A DNA stretch of 64,000 nucleotides from Eledone cirrhosa (Eukaryota). Position numbers and translations under genes: made by a program. The stretch covers positions 18,166,001-18,230,000 of the forward strand of contig OZ024752.1 in the NCBI GenBank assembly GCA_964016885.1. Direction: 5' to 3'. Shown here piece by piece: positions 25,186 to 38,566 of the stretch; position 1 is the stretch's first letter, and each line of letters starts with the position of its first letter. Below the pieces are notes generated by a model that was not told the origin of the DNA, did not search any database, and worked only from the letters and a program-made list of their open reading frames with translations.

Positions 25186-26430
25186 TCTCCCTTTGTTTGC
25201 TGAAAAAAGAAGTGAGTGACATAGTCACTACTTTAAAACAATAGCATAAGGTCTTCAAAATGCTTTTAATTATGATATATATATATATATAGGTGAAGAG
25301 GTACCAGGAAATGCCAGTGGATGGAATATAGGTGGTCCGAGAAAGACCTAAGCAGAGGTGGTGAGAGCTGACCTCAAATCACTGAGACTTATAGAGGAGA
25401 TGAAGAAACGCATCAAGTGGAGAGATGGTGTGTTGAAAAGGACCCATCCAACCCATAAAAGCATAGAAAAACTGACATAAAAAACGATGATATATATATA
25501 TATATATATATATATCAATTTCTAATAGGAGCAACAACTTGGATAGCAACAGTGAAAACAACAAATTGATTACAGAAACAGAATGAACTAAAACTTTAAA
25601 AAATATTTTTCTTCAAAAATTTTCAGAAAAACAAAAAAAAAAATAACCAGATCTTAATTGCAATTTAATGTCCATTTTCCATGCTAGCATGGGTTAGATT
25701 AGTTGTCCTATTGTGAGACAACTCAGATCAAGTGACTGTGTCTTGCTCATACAGAACTAACAGAGATATACAGATATATTTCTAAGTGCACAAAATGGGA
25801 CATGAAAATTTGTAAAGTAAATAGTGTATATTGTTATAGATTTGACATTCATAAAGAAGGAAAAACTATGATGCAAGTCAACATGGCCTGGTATATGAAG
25901 TGGTATAGAAACTATCCTTTCAATCTATATATAAGTTTGAGTGGCTTCTGAACAAATATTGCAATGCAATTGATAACAGGATATTTTTCACTCAATGTAA
26001 CTGTTAAACAAAACCTATCAGAGATAAGCCTTCTGGATTTGATCTAACTCCATATAATAAAGAAGATCAATAGCTGCAAGAGAGGCTGCCAAGAATGCCA
26101 ATACCAGAAAAAGAAAAACACTCAATGGCCAATCACTGAAACAACTTTCTAATGTACATCCATAAACAAAATATTTTTGAATTTTGTATACACAATTTCA
26201 TTTTCTGAAAATACTATATTTTTAAACTGATCTTATCTTCAAATTGCTTTTTTCCTGTAAGGAATTATATTAAGGTGAATGACAAATCCATTAAATTATA
26301 TTAACCCTTTCATGACTGCATTTCTAATAAAATACATTATACAGTTTTTATCCAAAGGTTTGGAGATCGATTTTTTAAGTTAAGTAGCCATGATGATATA
26401 ATAATACAAGACATGAAGATACATTATTAA

Positions 26431-26662
26431 CCCTTTCATGACTGCATTTCTAATGACACACACTCTCTTTTAATCAATTAATGAAGTATTTCAAGGGATT
26501 TACTAAAATTATTAATTATTTAATTACTAAAATAGTAACTTAATCTAAGGTTCTTATATAAAATTATGTTGAAAGATTTTAATTTAAATTGGGAACTTTT
26601 AAAATAGGTGGTTTTGTTTCATAGAACCAGAGTCAGTTTTAGCTTGGTTGGTAACTAAAGGG
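26431..26662. mobile_element. Third TTAA MITE variant (CCCTTTCATGAC...GTAACTAAAGGG); copies at 32689-32917 and about 59819-60047 (inverted)
   Basis: Three alignable copies with TTAA-CCCTTT ends. Confidence 0.78.
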
Positions 26663-28354
26663 TTAAGGTGAATCCCAAATCCACTTAGTGCTATTCATCT
26701 TTATGTATCTTTTATATACACTCAAGTTCAAATGAAAATCCAGTAATGTACACAATGTTGTTTGATGTACTATATATGCTACAATTCTGAAGTGTATCCC
26801 AACTGAATATTGGACCAACAACTCTTTATATGGTGATATTTAAACAAAATTTAAATAAATTTAGATGTCACTGAATTTACCTGCAATTACAGTAGTTTTG
26901 AGACAAAAATTCCGTATGTTCTTATGTAAGAACCTTTTGTTATGTTGTCTTCCAAACATCACCTTAATATATCAATAAACAAAAAAGTTACAGTTGTTTT
27001 ATGAAGCCAGTCTAAGTTTACAATTATTTTAGGTAGGAATATAGTACTGAATGGGTTCAAAATGCTTTCTTTAAAAATTATTTTTCCTTTTAGATAAAAA
27101 CATTTTTTTCAGTGCAAGCATTATAATTGTTTCTACTTTTGGCACAAGGCCAGCAATTACCCCAGTGCATTACAGGTGCTTTATTTTATCGAGCCTGTAA
27201 GGATGAAAAGCAAAGTTAACCTCGGCGGGATTTGAACCCAGAACATAAAGGGCAATAACTGTATACTGCAAAGCACGTGTCTGACAGTCTACCGCTACTG
27301 CCAATCCACCTCCCTTATAAGGAATTGTTATAGAACATTGAGATGTGCAGCCACAGCAAGTGTTTAATGGGCAGTCAGTTTTGGACAGGTTAGTAACTAA
27401 AGGGTTAAACAGAGAAAAATAGGTGTCAACATTGTTTTATATCTATTTTCTAGGCTGACTTGTGTTTGAGTAGTTGTCATGGTCCAATATTAGATAGGTC
27501 AAAGAACCCTGTCTTGTTCATACATTTCATTTGTGTCTATAATCCATAGATTCTTACATAATGGAAAATGGAGAAAACCAGAGAGAAATTTGCTGGTGTA
27601 GATAGGAGCAAGGGGAGAGGGAGTGCCCAAAAGAAGGAATTAGGTAACCCCTCCAAATCCTTGATTATTTTCAAAATAATTTGAAAACCATAAGTGTGTT
27701 TCATGAAAAAGGTTAATACTACTATACTAAGATCTATATGGAAATTTGAGCACTTTTTGTCCATCACACAATGCGTGTGTGAATGTATGTCTGTGAGTGT
27801 GTATTTTTGTAAGTGTGTCTGTGTGTTTATATTTATATACTCATACATATAAATGTATGCATATGCACATACACACATACGCATCAGCATGTTAAAAGAA
27901 ATTCTAGTTTATCATATTTCTCAAAGGCAAAAATTGTTACTGAAATATCTAAAGAAAATTTAATATCATTTAAAACAACTTAACTCTTAACATTTGGTAA
28001 TGATTTAGCAGAAAAACAGGTTTGTTAAATCAAATGGTTATAAAATCTTTACTAGCAGACAGATAGTTATGAAAATTTGCAGTAAACTAAACATTTTAAT
28101 TTTTAATGTAATGCTTTTCTGTACTTTTCGAGAATGTCTTATAGGAAAATCTTGCTGATGTGGTTTCATGTGGGACATGAAGTAAAAGTTAAATCTATCT
28201 TTAATATTTGCACAAATAAATGGTTCAAGTATCATTTCTAGAGAAACTTTTTGCTAAATCACATATTGCTTTTATTTATTTATTTATTTTTTTTGCAAGA
28301 GGCATATTTAGAAAAATAATTTACACTGTATTAAAAGGTGTAAAAAATACTTAC

Positions 28355-28493
28355 TGTTCCCTGGGTACTATTCAATGCTAAGCGCTGATGGCCCCTTCGA
28401 ATCCTTCTTTCAACATCAGAAATCAAAGTTTGAAGGAAACGCATAAATTCTTCTTCATATCCCATTTTTTCAAACCGACCACTTCTTGTATAC
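28355..28493 (-). CDS. LUC7L3: LUC7L3 exon 4 (YTRSGRFEKMGYEEEFMRFLQTLISDVERRIRRGHQRLALNSTQGT)
   Basis: Acceptor attttag, donor ACA|gtaagt, 139 nt. Contains the LUC7L3-type DVERRIRRGH motif. Confidence 0.93.
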
Positions 28494-29585
28494 CTAAAAT
28501 AATAAGTAATTTTTTAAAAATCAATAAATTGAATAAAACTAAAAATAAAATATTAACAAAATAGACTCAAATTTTTACTATTTATTTTTCCTTTTAGATT
28601 AATTTTTGCCCCAGCCAGTGAAGGTGTGCAACCAAGTGTTTAGGGTGTGGAACTGACAATAGCAATGTTGTGGTTTCAATTGCTGTACTGTTTTATTCAA
28701 GAACACATTGTGTTTTTGACTAAAACACTTCACATTGCTCCAGTCTACTCACCACCAATACCAGCAGTAACTGGGTGTTTATCCTACTATGTTCTGTCAT
28801 CCCATCAAGGTGAGAGTCTTATATTCTCCATTACAGTATATGTGGTCTTGTACACCACTTCACATTGCTCCAGTCTACTACACTGGGATTCCATCAAGGG
28901 GTGAGTTTTATACTCTGTTACAGTATATGTGGGCTTGTACATTTGACCAATCATCTTATCAAGTAATTTCAGAAGCTATAGAAGATGAATATGGGTAAGA
29001 ATTTGCTTGACTAAATAACTTACAACAAAATAAACTATCTGCCTATTTAATCCCTCCAAATCTTTTTTTGTTATTATAAAATTTTTTGATAATGAAATGG
29101 TTAATTTTTCAATTTTCTAACAATTTAAGACATTAAAACTGCTCTCAATCCATTCTTTATATTAACATTTTTACTTATTAACCTTTTTTTTGACAAGAAG
29201 AATGATATAAGTGATTGAACCAAGTTATTGTATTACTGGAACTTATTTCATTGGTCGAACAAATTGAACTCTTGGCAGAATTTGATCTCAAAAGACAGAC
29301 AAAACTGAATTTAAACTGGCTGTATCCGGCCAGAATACTGTCATCTCTTTCTGTTCAAACCGACCATAACCAGCTGCTCATACTGGTGTAACATCAGTAT
29401 TGTTCTCAAAATAAATATCAAAATCTCAGAGATTCAATATTATGTGAGATAAAGCCTTTACCACAAAAATACAATAGTATATATATAGAGTAATGTAAAT
29501 GATAAAGGATTAATACTGCAGCTGCTACCAAGTTGACATCTTCAATATAACATATACAATATAAATTCAGTAATTTATCACTTAC

Positions 29586-29625
29586 TCTTTCCGTAATACA
29601 TCATCGTGAATTTTCTCACAATTTC
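29586..29625 (-). CDS. LUC7L3: LUC7L3 exon 3 (GNCEKIHDDVLRKE)
   Basis: Acceptor ttttctag, donor GA|gtaagt, 40 nt. Completes ZnF1 (C..H); phase fits exons 2 and 4. Confidence 0.93.
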
Positions 29626-30868
29626 CTAGAAAAGTAATAAGGATTAAATTAGTAATATTTTAACTTATGAACTTATAATGTGTATATATATAGAACATTC
29701 AGGTATAAATTATAGTGTGTATATAAAACATGAAAGTATTAAATTAGTAATATTTTAACCTATGAACATATAGTGTGTGTATAGAACATTCACGTATAAA
29801 TTATAGTGCGTATATATAGAACACTCAGATACAAATTATAGTCTGTGTATATAGAATATATAATCATACTTTGTTACAGGTTTAATGACACAAACTAGTG
29901 TTTTTTTTATAGTATACAATTGAGTTGGTGTGGGCCTCTAATATGTAAGGAGAGCAAGATTTGGATGAAAAATAAGTGTCTAGTGCTTGAAATGAATGGA
30001 AACTGTGGAAGAAGGAGACCAAAGAAGACAATGGGATGAAATTGTGAAGAATGACAAGAAACTGAACCTCACAAAGGACCAAGCTGACTGACTGATGTTA
30101 TGCCATCATATAAAAAAGACCCATCTGCCAGTACAATACACTGTGACTCTAAAAGTAAACGTGATGAGAGACTAAAGGCTACAGTGTTTGGCAAACAAAA
30201 AGAGACAATGTATGTTTGAGAAGACTCTTCAGTCTGGCTGAGTGACAACCTCTCTAATGCTGGTGTCATGATAAAACACACCCAGTACACCATGTAAAGT
30301 GTTAGTGAAGGGGCCATGATGAAATGCACTATGTCCACTCTGTAAATGGTAGTGCCACAAAATACACACCCAGTATACCCGGTAAGGTGGTTGACATTAG
30401 GAAAGGCATTTAGTCATAGAAACCATGCCAAATATGGAATGCAACAAGCAAAATAAGTTGCTTTGATCCCTCTGGTGTCAGTATGAGGTAATCTAGCAAG
30501 AGAGAGAGAGAGAGTCAAAGTCAGAAAGAACATAAAGAGAGACAGGCAGACAGAGAAATAGGTGGGCCCAGTGTGGAAAGCAAACGCTAAATGAGACTGA
30601 TGATGATACTCTACCGTGATCTAATTATACATATCCATATGCACAAGACCCTGTATAGGATGACAGCAGAAATTCTTTGCATAAACTTTAATCTGTACTA
30701 ATAAAAAATACTTATATATATATATATATATGAAAACAGGAAGAAAGAGACGATTATTAGGAAGAAAAATATTTTTTTTTTCCTTTTTTGTTTCTCTCTT
30801 TTTTTTCTGGGTTAGAAAATGATTAAAACGAAATGTTTTACTTTGTGTGAAGTATTAAGGTATTAGTT

Positions 30869-30938
30869 GATTTATTTATTATTTAACAATGGCATATATA
30901 TATATATATATATGCCATTGTTAAATAATAAATAAATC
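30869..30938. repeat. Perfect 70-bp palindrome centred on (TA)n
   Basis: GATTTATTTATTATTTAACAATGGC-(AT)n-GCCATTGTTAAATAATAAATAAATC. Confidence 0.92.
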
Positions 30939-31215
30939 TTCCTCACTTTTCGTTGCTTCACCATCTTTGTTTGTTTACACTCTCGCTGTTCCCTTTATTT
31001 ACATGTCCCGACGACTTTCTTTAGCCGTTGCTCGCACCAACCGGAAGTATATGGTCTTTAAAGCGAAGAAATACCGATGATGGTTGGAAGATCACTGATG
31101 AAGGACCACTTTATTTATATATATAAGCAATGAGTTATTTAATTTTTGTTGGTTATTCAACAAATTTAGTTTATAACAGATTAGAAGCACTCTACAAGTT
31201 TTCTTCTGCAGTATA

Positions 31216-31516
31216 ATATCAATAATATTAATAAATGGAAACTATCTTTATAAAACCATATTTATTTTATTATATATATTTCAAGGGTACCAAAATTTTT
31301 GGTACGCTCTCATCAGATAAATTATAAAAGTTGTTTTACAGATAGTGACATATTCAAAACAAGAACTTATCATTTTGAATATGTCACTAAATGTAAAACA
31401 ACTTTTATATTTTATTTGATGAGAGCGTACCAAAAATGTTGGTACCCTTGAAATATATATAATAAAATAAATATGGTTTTATAAAGATAGTTTCCATTTA
31501 TTAATATTATTGATAT
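31216..31516. repeat. Long palindrome: 144-bp arms, 13-nt loop
   Basis: 31216-31359 versus 31373-31516, about 5 mismatches, followed by (TA)n. Confidence 0.95.
31265..31321 (-). ncRNA. Second minimal type I hammerhead ribozyme motif (different family)
   Basis: UUUAU-CUGAUGA-GAGcGUACCA..UGGUACcCUU-GAAA-uauaua-UA|-AUAAA with a palindromic minimal stem III. The mirror copy at about 31409-31468 (+) has TTGATGA. Confidence 0.7.
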
Positions 31517-31683
31517 ATATATATATATATATAATCATTGTCATTTTAAGGTCTACTTTCCAAGCTAGCAAGGTTTGGATGGGTCCATATAGACCAAGCC
31601 AATACTGAAGCAAAGCCTCCAATCTCCAAGCAGGCCAGGAAGCTGTGGGTTTATGCACGGTTAGACGTTCCATTGAGTGCTCA

Positions 31684-31746
<63 letters not shown>

Positions 31747-32943
31747 ATGCACACCTAGTATAGGACATTCAAGGGGGACTGGAGACACAAGTATTAGTTA
31801 GATAACCATATAACTGTGAAACTAAATAGTTGGTCTTTCTGTTAGATCTAATGGTAGTAGTCTCACCAGCACCTATATGCTAAACACTAAATCTTACAAA
31901 ATATCTCAAGATTTATTAGAAAGGAAAGCCACAGATCAAAATATGACTGGAGACGACATGAAAGAAATTCTGAAGAAAATCTGGAGAAAAATGCATCTTC
32001 AAATATCTTCCTAGAAAAGTTTAATTCATCCCAAAACAGAATAATAATTGTTAAAGAGTTAAATTAACCATCTCCAAGAATTTAGCTGTTATTAGAGTAA
32101 TTATTTTGTTGGTCAGAGATCTAAACTATTTATTGCATCATGCTGAATTATCAAAGAAGGCATATTTCTGTACATTTTACTCTCCATTCAGAAAATAAAT
32201 GTTAATAATGGTTCCTGATTTAGGAACACATCCAACAATTTTGGAGTAGGGGAATGTCAATTAAATTGGCCCCAGTGCATTACTGGTACTTTATTTTATC
32301 GACCACATGAGGATGAAAGACAAAGCTAAAGTGAACTCAAATTGTAAAGCGACATAACTATGCCGCAAAGCATGTTGTCCGCCATTCTACTGATACAGCC
32401 AATCCACAATACTAATACTCTCTTATACAATGGTAAGAGACTCTGATAAGCGTGTAGCAACTGTTTTGCCAAGAACATACAACTGAATAAATTTCTAAGT
32501 TAATTAAATCAATGTCAGTAATAAATAACGAAAAATGTAACCATATATGTTCATTATTTCCCTGAAAAATATGTTTTAGGGGAAACCAGATTGTGGAGAA
32601 TGTTATTACAAATACATTATACAGTTTTTATTCAAAGGTTTGGAGATTGATATTTTAAAGTTAACTAGCCATGAAGATACATTATTAACCCTTTCATGAC
32701 TGTATTTCTAATGAAATACACTCTATTGTAATTAAATGAAGAATTTTGAGGGATTTACTAAAATTATTAATTATTTCATTACTAAGATAGTAACTTAATG
32801 TAAGGTTCTTATACAAAATTATGTTGGAAGAATTTAATTTAAATTGGAAACCTTTAAAATGGGTGGATTTATTTCAGAGAACCAGAATTGGTTTTGGTCA
32901 GATTGGTAACTAAAGGGTCAAGTTATAAATGCAAAATACTCAC

Positions 32944-33010
32944 CTAAATCTGCTCTTGTGTTAACAAATAATTCATGAGGACAAAACCCACACAAAAAAT
33001 ACTTGCAAAC
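32944..33010 (-). CDS. LUC7L3: LUC7L3 exon 2 (VCKYFLCGFCPHELFVNTRADLG), first zinc finger
   Basis: Acceptor aaacag, donor G|gtgagt, 67 nt. LUC7 ZnF1 motif C-x7-C. Confidence 0.95.
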
Positions 33011-33751
33011 CTGTTTTGAAAAAAAAAAAAATAATAATAATAATAATAAATTTAAAAAAAAAAAAAAAATGAATATTAGAAAAGAAATACAAATATTTTT
33101 TTTCCTACTATGAATGCCTATGGTGCAACTTATATAATGGGCAATAATTGAAACAAAATTATATTGTTTGACATTTACTTTAAATATGTATATTATTTTA
33201 AACATGCTAATCTTTAGAATACTAAAAACCTTTCATCACAATTCTATGAAAGAAATAAATGAGAGTTTATAATGCAAAATCACTCAAAATTCTTGATTAT
33301 TTTCATAACAATTTGAAAACCATAAACAGTTTGGTTTATTTCATAAGAAATATGGTAACAAAAATGTTAATGGGAAACACACAAATCTAAAACATGGACA
33401 AAACTGCAACTAAGTGCTAGGCTTCTTCTTGAGGAGTCAGAAAATGATTAATTTCAGAAAAGTTGCTGACTTTATACCCAATCTTAAGTTCCATGTGACA
33501 GTTGCCATATCCTAAATAGTGAAGTTGCTATATCTATAAACATTGTCAAAACTTCACTTGCCACAACTAACACACTGGATTTTCCTCTAAATTAGTAAGG
33601 CTGTTTAGCACCATCCTCTAAGCACATCCATTGCAACTATTCTTGTCATACCTAATGTAATCGCAGATATACCATGTTTGAAAAGGTTGTAAAATACATG
33701 GCCTAGTGGACTCCTGATCTTAAAAAAGTCATGGGATAGCTTCCTAAACTG

Positions 33752-34435
33752 AGCACTGACCCTGAGACTAAACAACAACTGAGTTCCAAATGTTTGGTAT
33801 TCACGCCAGTAACCTCTCTTCATCTCGTTGCTTTTCATGAAAGGACTGGTACTCTTATTATTAACCCTTTAGCATTTAAACCAGCCATATCTGGCCAGAA
33901 TTCTCTCACCTCTTTCTGTTCAAACTAGCTCCAACCAGCCCCTCATACTGATGTTAAGGTATTGTTCTCAAAATAAATAATATCAAAATCTCGTAGATTC
34001 GATATTATGTGAGATAATCATGTATGGTAAAGCCTTTACTGCGAAAATACATTAGTTTATATAAAGTAATGGTTAAAACACACAAGAAACATCCTAAGAG
34101 ATCAACCTCATAGGAGGCCAGCTAAATCTGCATATGTGTGAGCAGTAAGACCTTATGAAACCTCTTACAGGCATTAACCAACATAAGTTTAAACTAGATA
34201 TTAACTACATCAACACCACCGATCTCAGAGAGCCTGTAATAGTTATGGATAGTGTCTCTTTTCCCCCCAGAATAAATAAGTAAAAAAAAAAATATATATA
34301 TTTTAATAGCAGTTTTAATAGATTATGCAGCATCATCTTAATACACTGGTAATGAATTCACAAATGGAGAGAGGTTACTGGCCTGAATACCAAACATTTG
34401 GAACTCAGTAGTTGTTTAGTCTCAGGGTCAGTGCT
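33752..34435. repeat. 68-bp inverted repeat pair (33752-33819 / 34368-34435) in LUC7L3 intron 1
   Basis: Two mismatches between the arms; the spacer contains a piggyBac MITE. Confidence 0.9.
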
Positions 34436-37400
34436 AAGTACATACATCATTTTACATCTGCTTTCCAAGCTGGCAATTGTTGAAATATATGTGTGTGACA
34501 GGATTCCTTACAGATAATGCCGACCAAATACACTTTTAAGGCACTGATCGGCCTGAAACTATAGTAGAAGACACTTGCCCAAGTGTGCCATGCCAAGATC
34601 ATGTAATTGTAAAGCATACTTCTTAACCACACAACTGTATCTGTGTCTCAGATTGTTTTATACTGAAAGATAATCATTGGGAAATTTGCCAAATGCTGAC
34701 ACTTTACAAAAGGCATAAAGAGACCATGATTGTAGAAATCTGGTGGTGATGATGGTAATTGGATTAAATTGTCGAAATAGTGAATCATCTGCTGTATTTA
34801 TTCTCTTTTTACTGGTTTTAGTCATCAGACTGCGATCATACTAGGACACTGTAACAGAATTTATTTCATCATGTTGACCCGTACAGATTTTATTGATCTC
34901 CTTTTGTTGAACAGCTAAGTTATGGGACATGAACATAGGCATACACATATGTAACGGGCTTCTACTAAATAAATTTCCATCACACAGCACTGGTCAACCC
35001 AAGATTGTAGGAGACAACATTTTCCCAAGGTGCCATGCAGTGAGTGAACCCAGAATCATGTGGGTGTCAAGTAAGCACTTTAACCACACAGCTATGTCTA
35101 TGCCGATTCGTTTATTCTGCTATATATATATATATATATATCCACCGGGAATAGAACCCAGAAACTTATTTCAATCTATTCTATTATACATTGTCCAACA
35201 GTGAATCTCATCTTGGTACTACGTTAATGTGCTGAAATTTTAGTTACTCTTTTACCTGTTCTAGCCATCCGGCCAGCATAGACATGTGGATGATGATGCG
35301 ACTACTTTGGGTACCCCATATGAACAATTAGATTGAAATATATTTTAGTTAAATCATCAAAACCACAGGCAGTCTAAAAGCTGATGAGTGTATTTAAATG
35401 TTTGTGTGATCTTCTCTCATCCATTTTCTTCCTATCACTTCTGCGAATCAACACACGTCTAGCCACTGAGGTAAATTTTACCCAACGCTGTCATTGACGG
35501 CATTTTGCTGTTTTAACCGCTTTCTTGTTGAGTTTTTCCCATTATTCTATGAATTCTAATACACTCGCACTTCAAAGTCAATATTGGAGAAAACTTTATA
35601 TTTTACTAATTTTCTTATAAGTAGCATCAGTTATTAGTCATGTTTTTCTTACAGTTCTTTGACAGTTTCTGTGAATGTTAATGTCATCACAGGCCTTGGA
35701 GGGGATGCAAAGACTACGTGCACTGCCTCTTATGCCAGACCAAACTATTTTTTAAAAATATCTGCTGCATTATTAATGATTAATTAAACAGAAGTTTTTC
35801 CATTTTGATTTGAGGTGCATTCTGACAAATTGTTTTGTAATTAATCAATACATCACATCTCATTACATATTATCAGAAACTTTTAGATAGATGCAAGACA
35901 AACCTTTTGATACCAAGCAGTATGAAACTGCTGTTTGTATTAAAGTGTTTATATTTATCTTAAAACCTTATACCAAACCCCAGCTCAATAAGTTAGTTAT
36001 ATTACTAAATCTCTTCAAATTCTTGATTATTTTCTAAATTATTCAAAAATGGTAGGCAGTGTCTTTCATTAAAACTATGGTTCCGAAATTGTTAATAAAT
36101 CAGATATCAATATATATTATCATAAACCTTGAAGATTTTAGGCTGATTTAAAACTCAATGGAATTTTCTACGCTAGAACGTTTATGGAAACAGAGCTAAA
36201 TGAATTTACAAGTTGAAACCTGAATTTAAAAAATACATATTTAAAAAGATTACTGTGTGCAGTAAGATTCCTGTCTGTTTCACAGGCGGGGGACACCCGT
36301 AAGACTGTCTGATATTAAATCGAAAGATTACATGGACAATTTAAATAAGAAAAGAAAATAAGACTACATGCTTCGAACTGAATATGTTTGTTTACATTGG
36401 CAAAGACTCAGATTTGACGAGTGGCTTATATTATCAATTGAATCAAGAATAGAAGGAACGAAAGGGAAAGTGAAACCCGGTAATATTTGAACTCATGATG
36501 TAAAGGGACGTAACTAAATACCGTAAGAAAGAATCTCCAATTTCGACATGAATAAGGTTTCCTAATTTAGGCACAAGACCAGCACTTTTTTGTGGGGAAA
36601 ACACGCAGTAACACAAAATTAACTCATGTAATTTTAAAAAAACCTGCTTTAGCTAATGGAGAGAAAGTTTCGATGAAAAGCATGTTCTGGAAATGTTGTA
36701 TCATAAACGATATAAGAAGATTTTGAAACGTTGAATAATTACACTTTAATGGTACTTTAATTTAAGATTATGTCTTGGTTTCGATCCCATTCTGAGTAAA
36801 TGTCATTTACCATAGCGTTGACACAAGCCTTTAGAGGGTGAAACTGTGGAAACAGAAACTGCTTGGAAGCCCGTTGGATGAACTGTAAGTTGAAATTCAA
36901 AGGGCCCAAGTCTTGTCACACTGTAACGCTGAATCTCCCTGAGAATTACGTTATGGGTACAAAGGTGTGCGGAATGTTCAATTACTTTTACACGTTAATT
37001 TAAAGAGCAGGCTGTTCCGTTGAGCGAATAACTGGAACATTCATCGCCGAAAACGACGGAGGTCCACGATAACGCCGGAAAAAAGTTTTTTTTTTTTTTT
37101 ACCTCTTAAAAAGAATCAACATGAAATACGGCCGTAGCTTTTACTGAACAATGCGTTGTGATCACAAGATAGCAGTACAACAGAGGCAATATATGCTTTG
37201 CTTTCTACATAATAGACTTTAAAAACAAATATTTATTGTTACAGTTAATAGAACTTCTGGAATCAAAATGCATTCGTAATATGAACATGTTTATAATTAT
37301 ACTATATATATATATATATATATAGTAAACTCAAGACTGTTATACACTTCAAACAATTTGTGCATTAATATGATACTGTTAATAGTATAAAATCATAAGA

Positions 37401-37928
37401 ACTTCTAGAATCAATATATATTCGTAATATAGAAATTCAAATGAATTTCACACAACTTAACTTGTACATTAAAAACAAAATGTTTTTTTACTGTAACTGA
37501 ATGATCTTCTAGAATCTAAATATTCAAATATATGCCGTGTCTTTATATATATATATATGATAAAAAATTGAAAATCGTTATTTATGAGAAATAAGTTAAG
37601 ACCAGAGTCTGTTTTTTATCATAACAAATGTCTCTTTATAAACTCCCCATGGTATAGCTGTAAAATCGATTGTACAATAGAAATATAATCAATAAATTTA
37701 CAGAAACCTTTATATATAAAAAATATATATTTCGTGAACATTTCGTCTACATTAATAACATATAATAATATTTTTTTTCAAATATTATTTTCCAAACGAT
37801 GTTTAATGTACGCCATAATAGAAGGTTCGTAGTTTCAACAACCAATGCGTTAATGAAGTTTTGTAATTACAAACATCAGAACATTTACTCATATAATTTG
37901 CAAGACAAACAAATTTTGAAATACATAC

Positions 37929-38033
37929 TTCTGGATCGTCCCATTTCAATTCACTTCTTTTTTCAGTTGGCTGCAAATTTCGGTCTCTTCCCATTAATTC
38001 ATCCAACAGAGCCGCCGCTGCATGGGCCGCCAT
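37929..38033 (-). CDS. LUC7L3: LUC7L3/CROP-like splicing factor, coding exon 1 (MAAHAAAALLDELMGRDRNL...WDDPE)
   Basis: LLDELMGRDRN is the LUC7L3-type N-terminus. ATG at 38033; 105 nt; donor GAA|gtatgt. Confidence 0.93.
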
Positions 38034-38361
38034 TTTGGAAACAAATTAGGACAAGATGACGATGTTTTCTCCGTTATTAGAATTTCTTTTTTATATTTCA
38101 TCAACAACGAAAAAAGTAATTTCATAATTACTCTAGAATTTCCAAAATTTAGCAAATACTGAAGGTACGATAAAATGACGCCCAATTATTTGGAAAATGC
38201 GTAAATAAGACAGCGATCGGGAACTTCCGTTACAAATCGGGCACGAGACAACACGCATGTCTCTTAGTTGGATCGTGACGTCACGAAAGATCCACACGCG
38301 GTGTCCGTGCAGAGATAAGCGAAATTTAGAGGATACTTTTTAACGGAAAAAAAAACACCTA
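38034..38361. promoter_or_regulatory. Bidirectional promoter and 5' UTRs shared by LUC7L3 and eRF3
   Basis: 328 bp between divergent ATGs, CpG-rich relative to the introns. ETS-like ACTTCCG at about 38223. 14-bp palindrome TCGTGACGTCACGA (CRE core) at 38273-38286. YY1-like CCGCCATTTT at 38027-38036. Confidence 0.8.
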
Positions 38362-38566
38362 ATGGCCTCTGAAGATAATGATAACAGTGCCCCAGACTCT
38401 TGGGAACAAAGTCTGAATGATTCACCCGAAAATGAATCGAACTTGGATGAATTAAATTCTACTTTATCTTACTTAAATGTGAATGCTGCAGAATTCGTTC
38501 CTGGTCAAAATGTACATGCTCCTGAATTCGTACCTTCGTTCATGAAAGATTCAGAAAGTCTACAAG
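38362..38566 (+). CDS. GSPT1: eRF3/GSPT peptide chain release factor GTPase, exon 1 with tandem PAM2 motifs
   Basis: APDSWE motif plus LNVNAAEFVP and NVHAPEFVP PAM2 (PABP-binding) motifs; donor G|gtaatt. Confidence 0.93.

Larger units (their letters stand above)
24851..25272. repeat. Long palindrome: 200-bp arms, 22-nt loop, 4 mismatches
   Basis: 24851-25050 versus 25073-25272 compared base by base; (TA)n close by on both sides. Confidence 0.97.
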
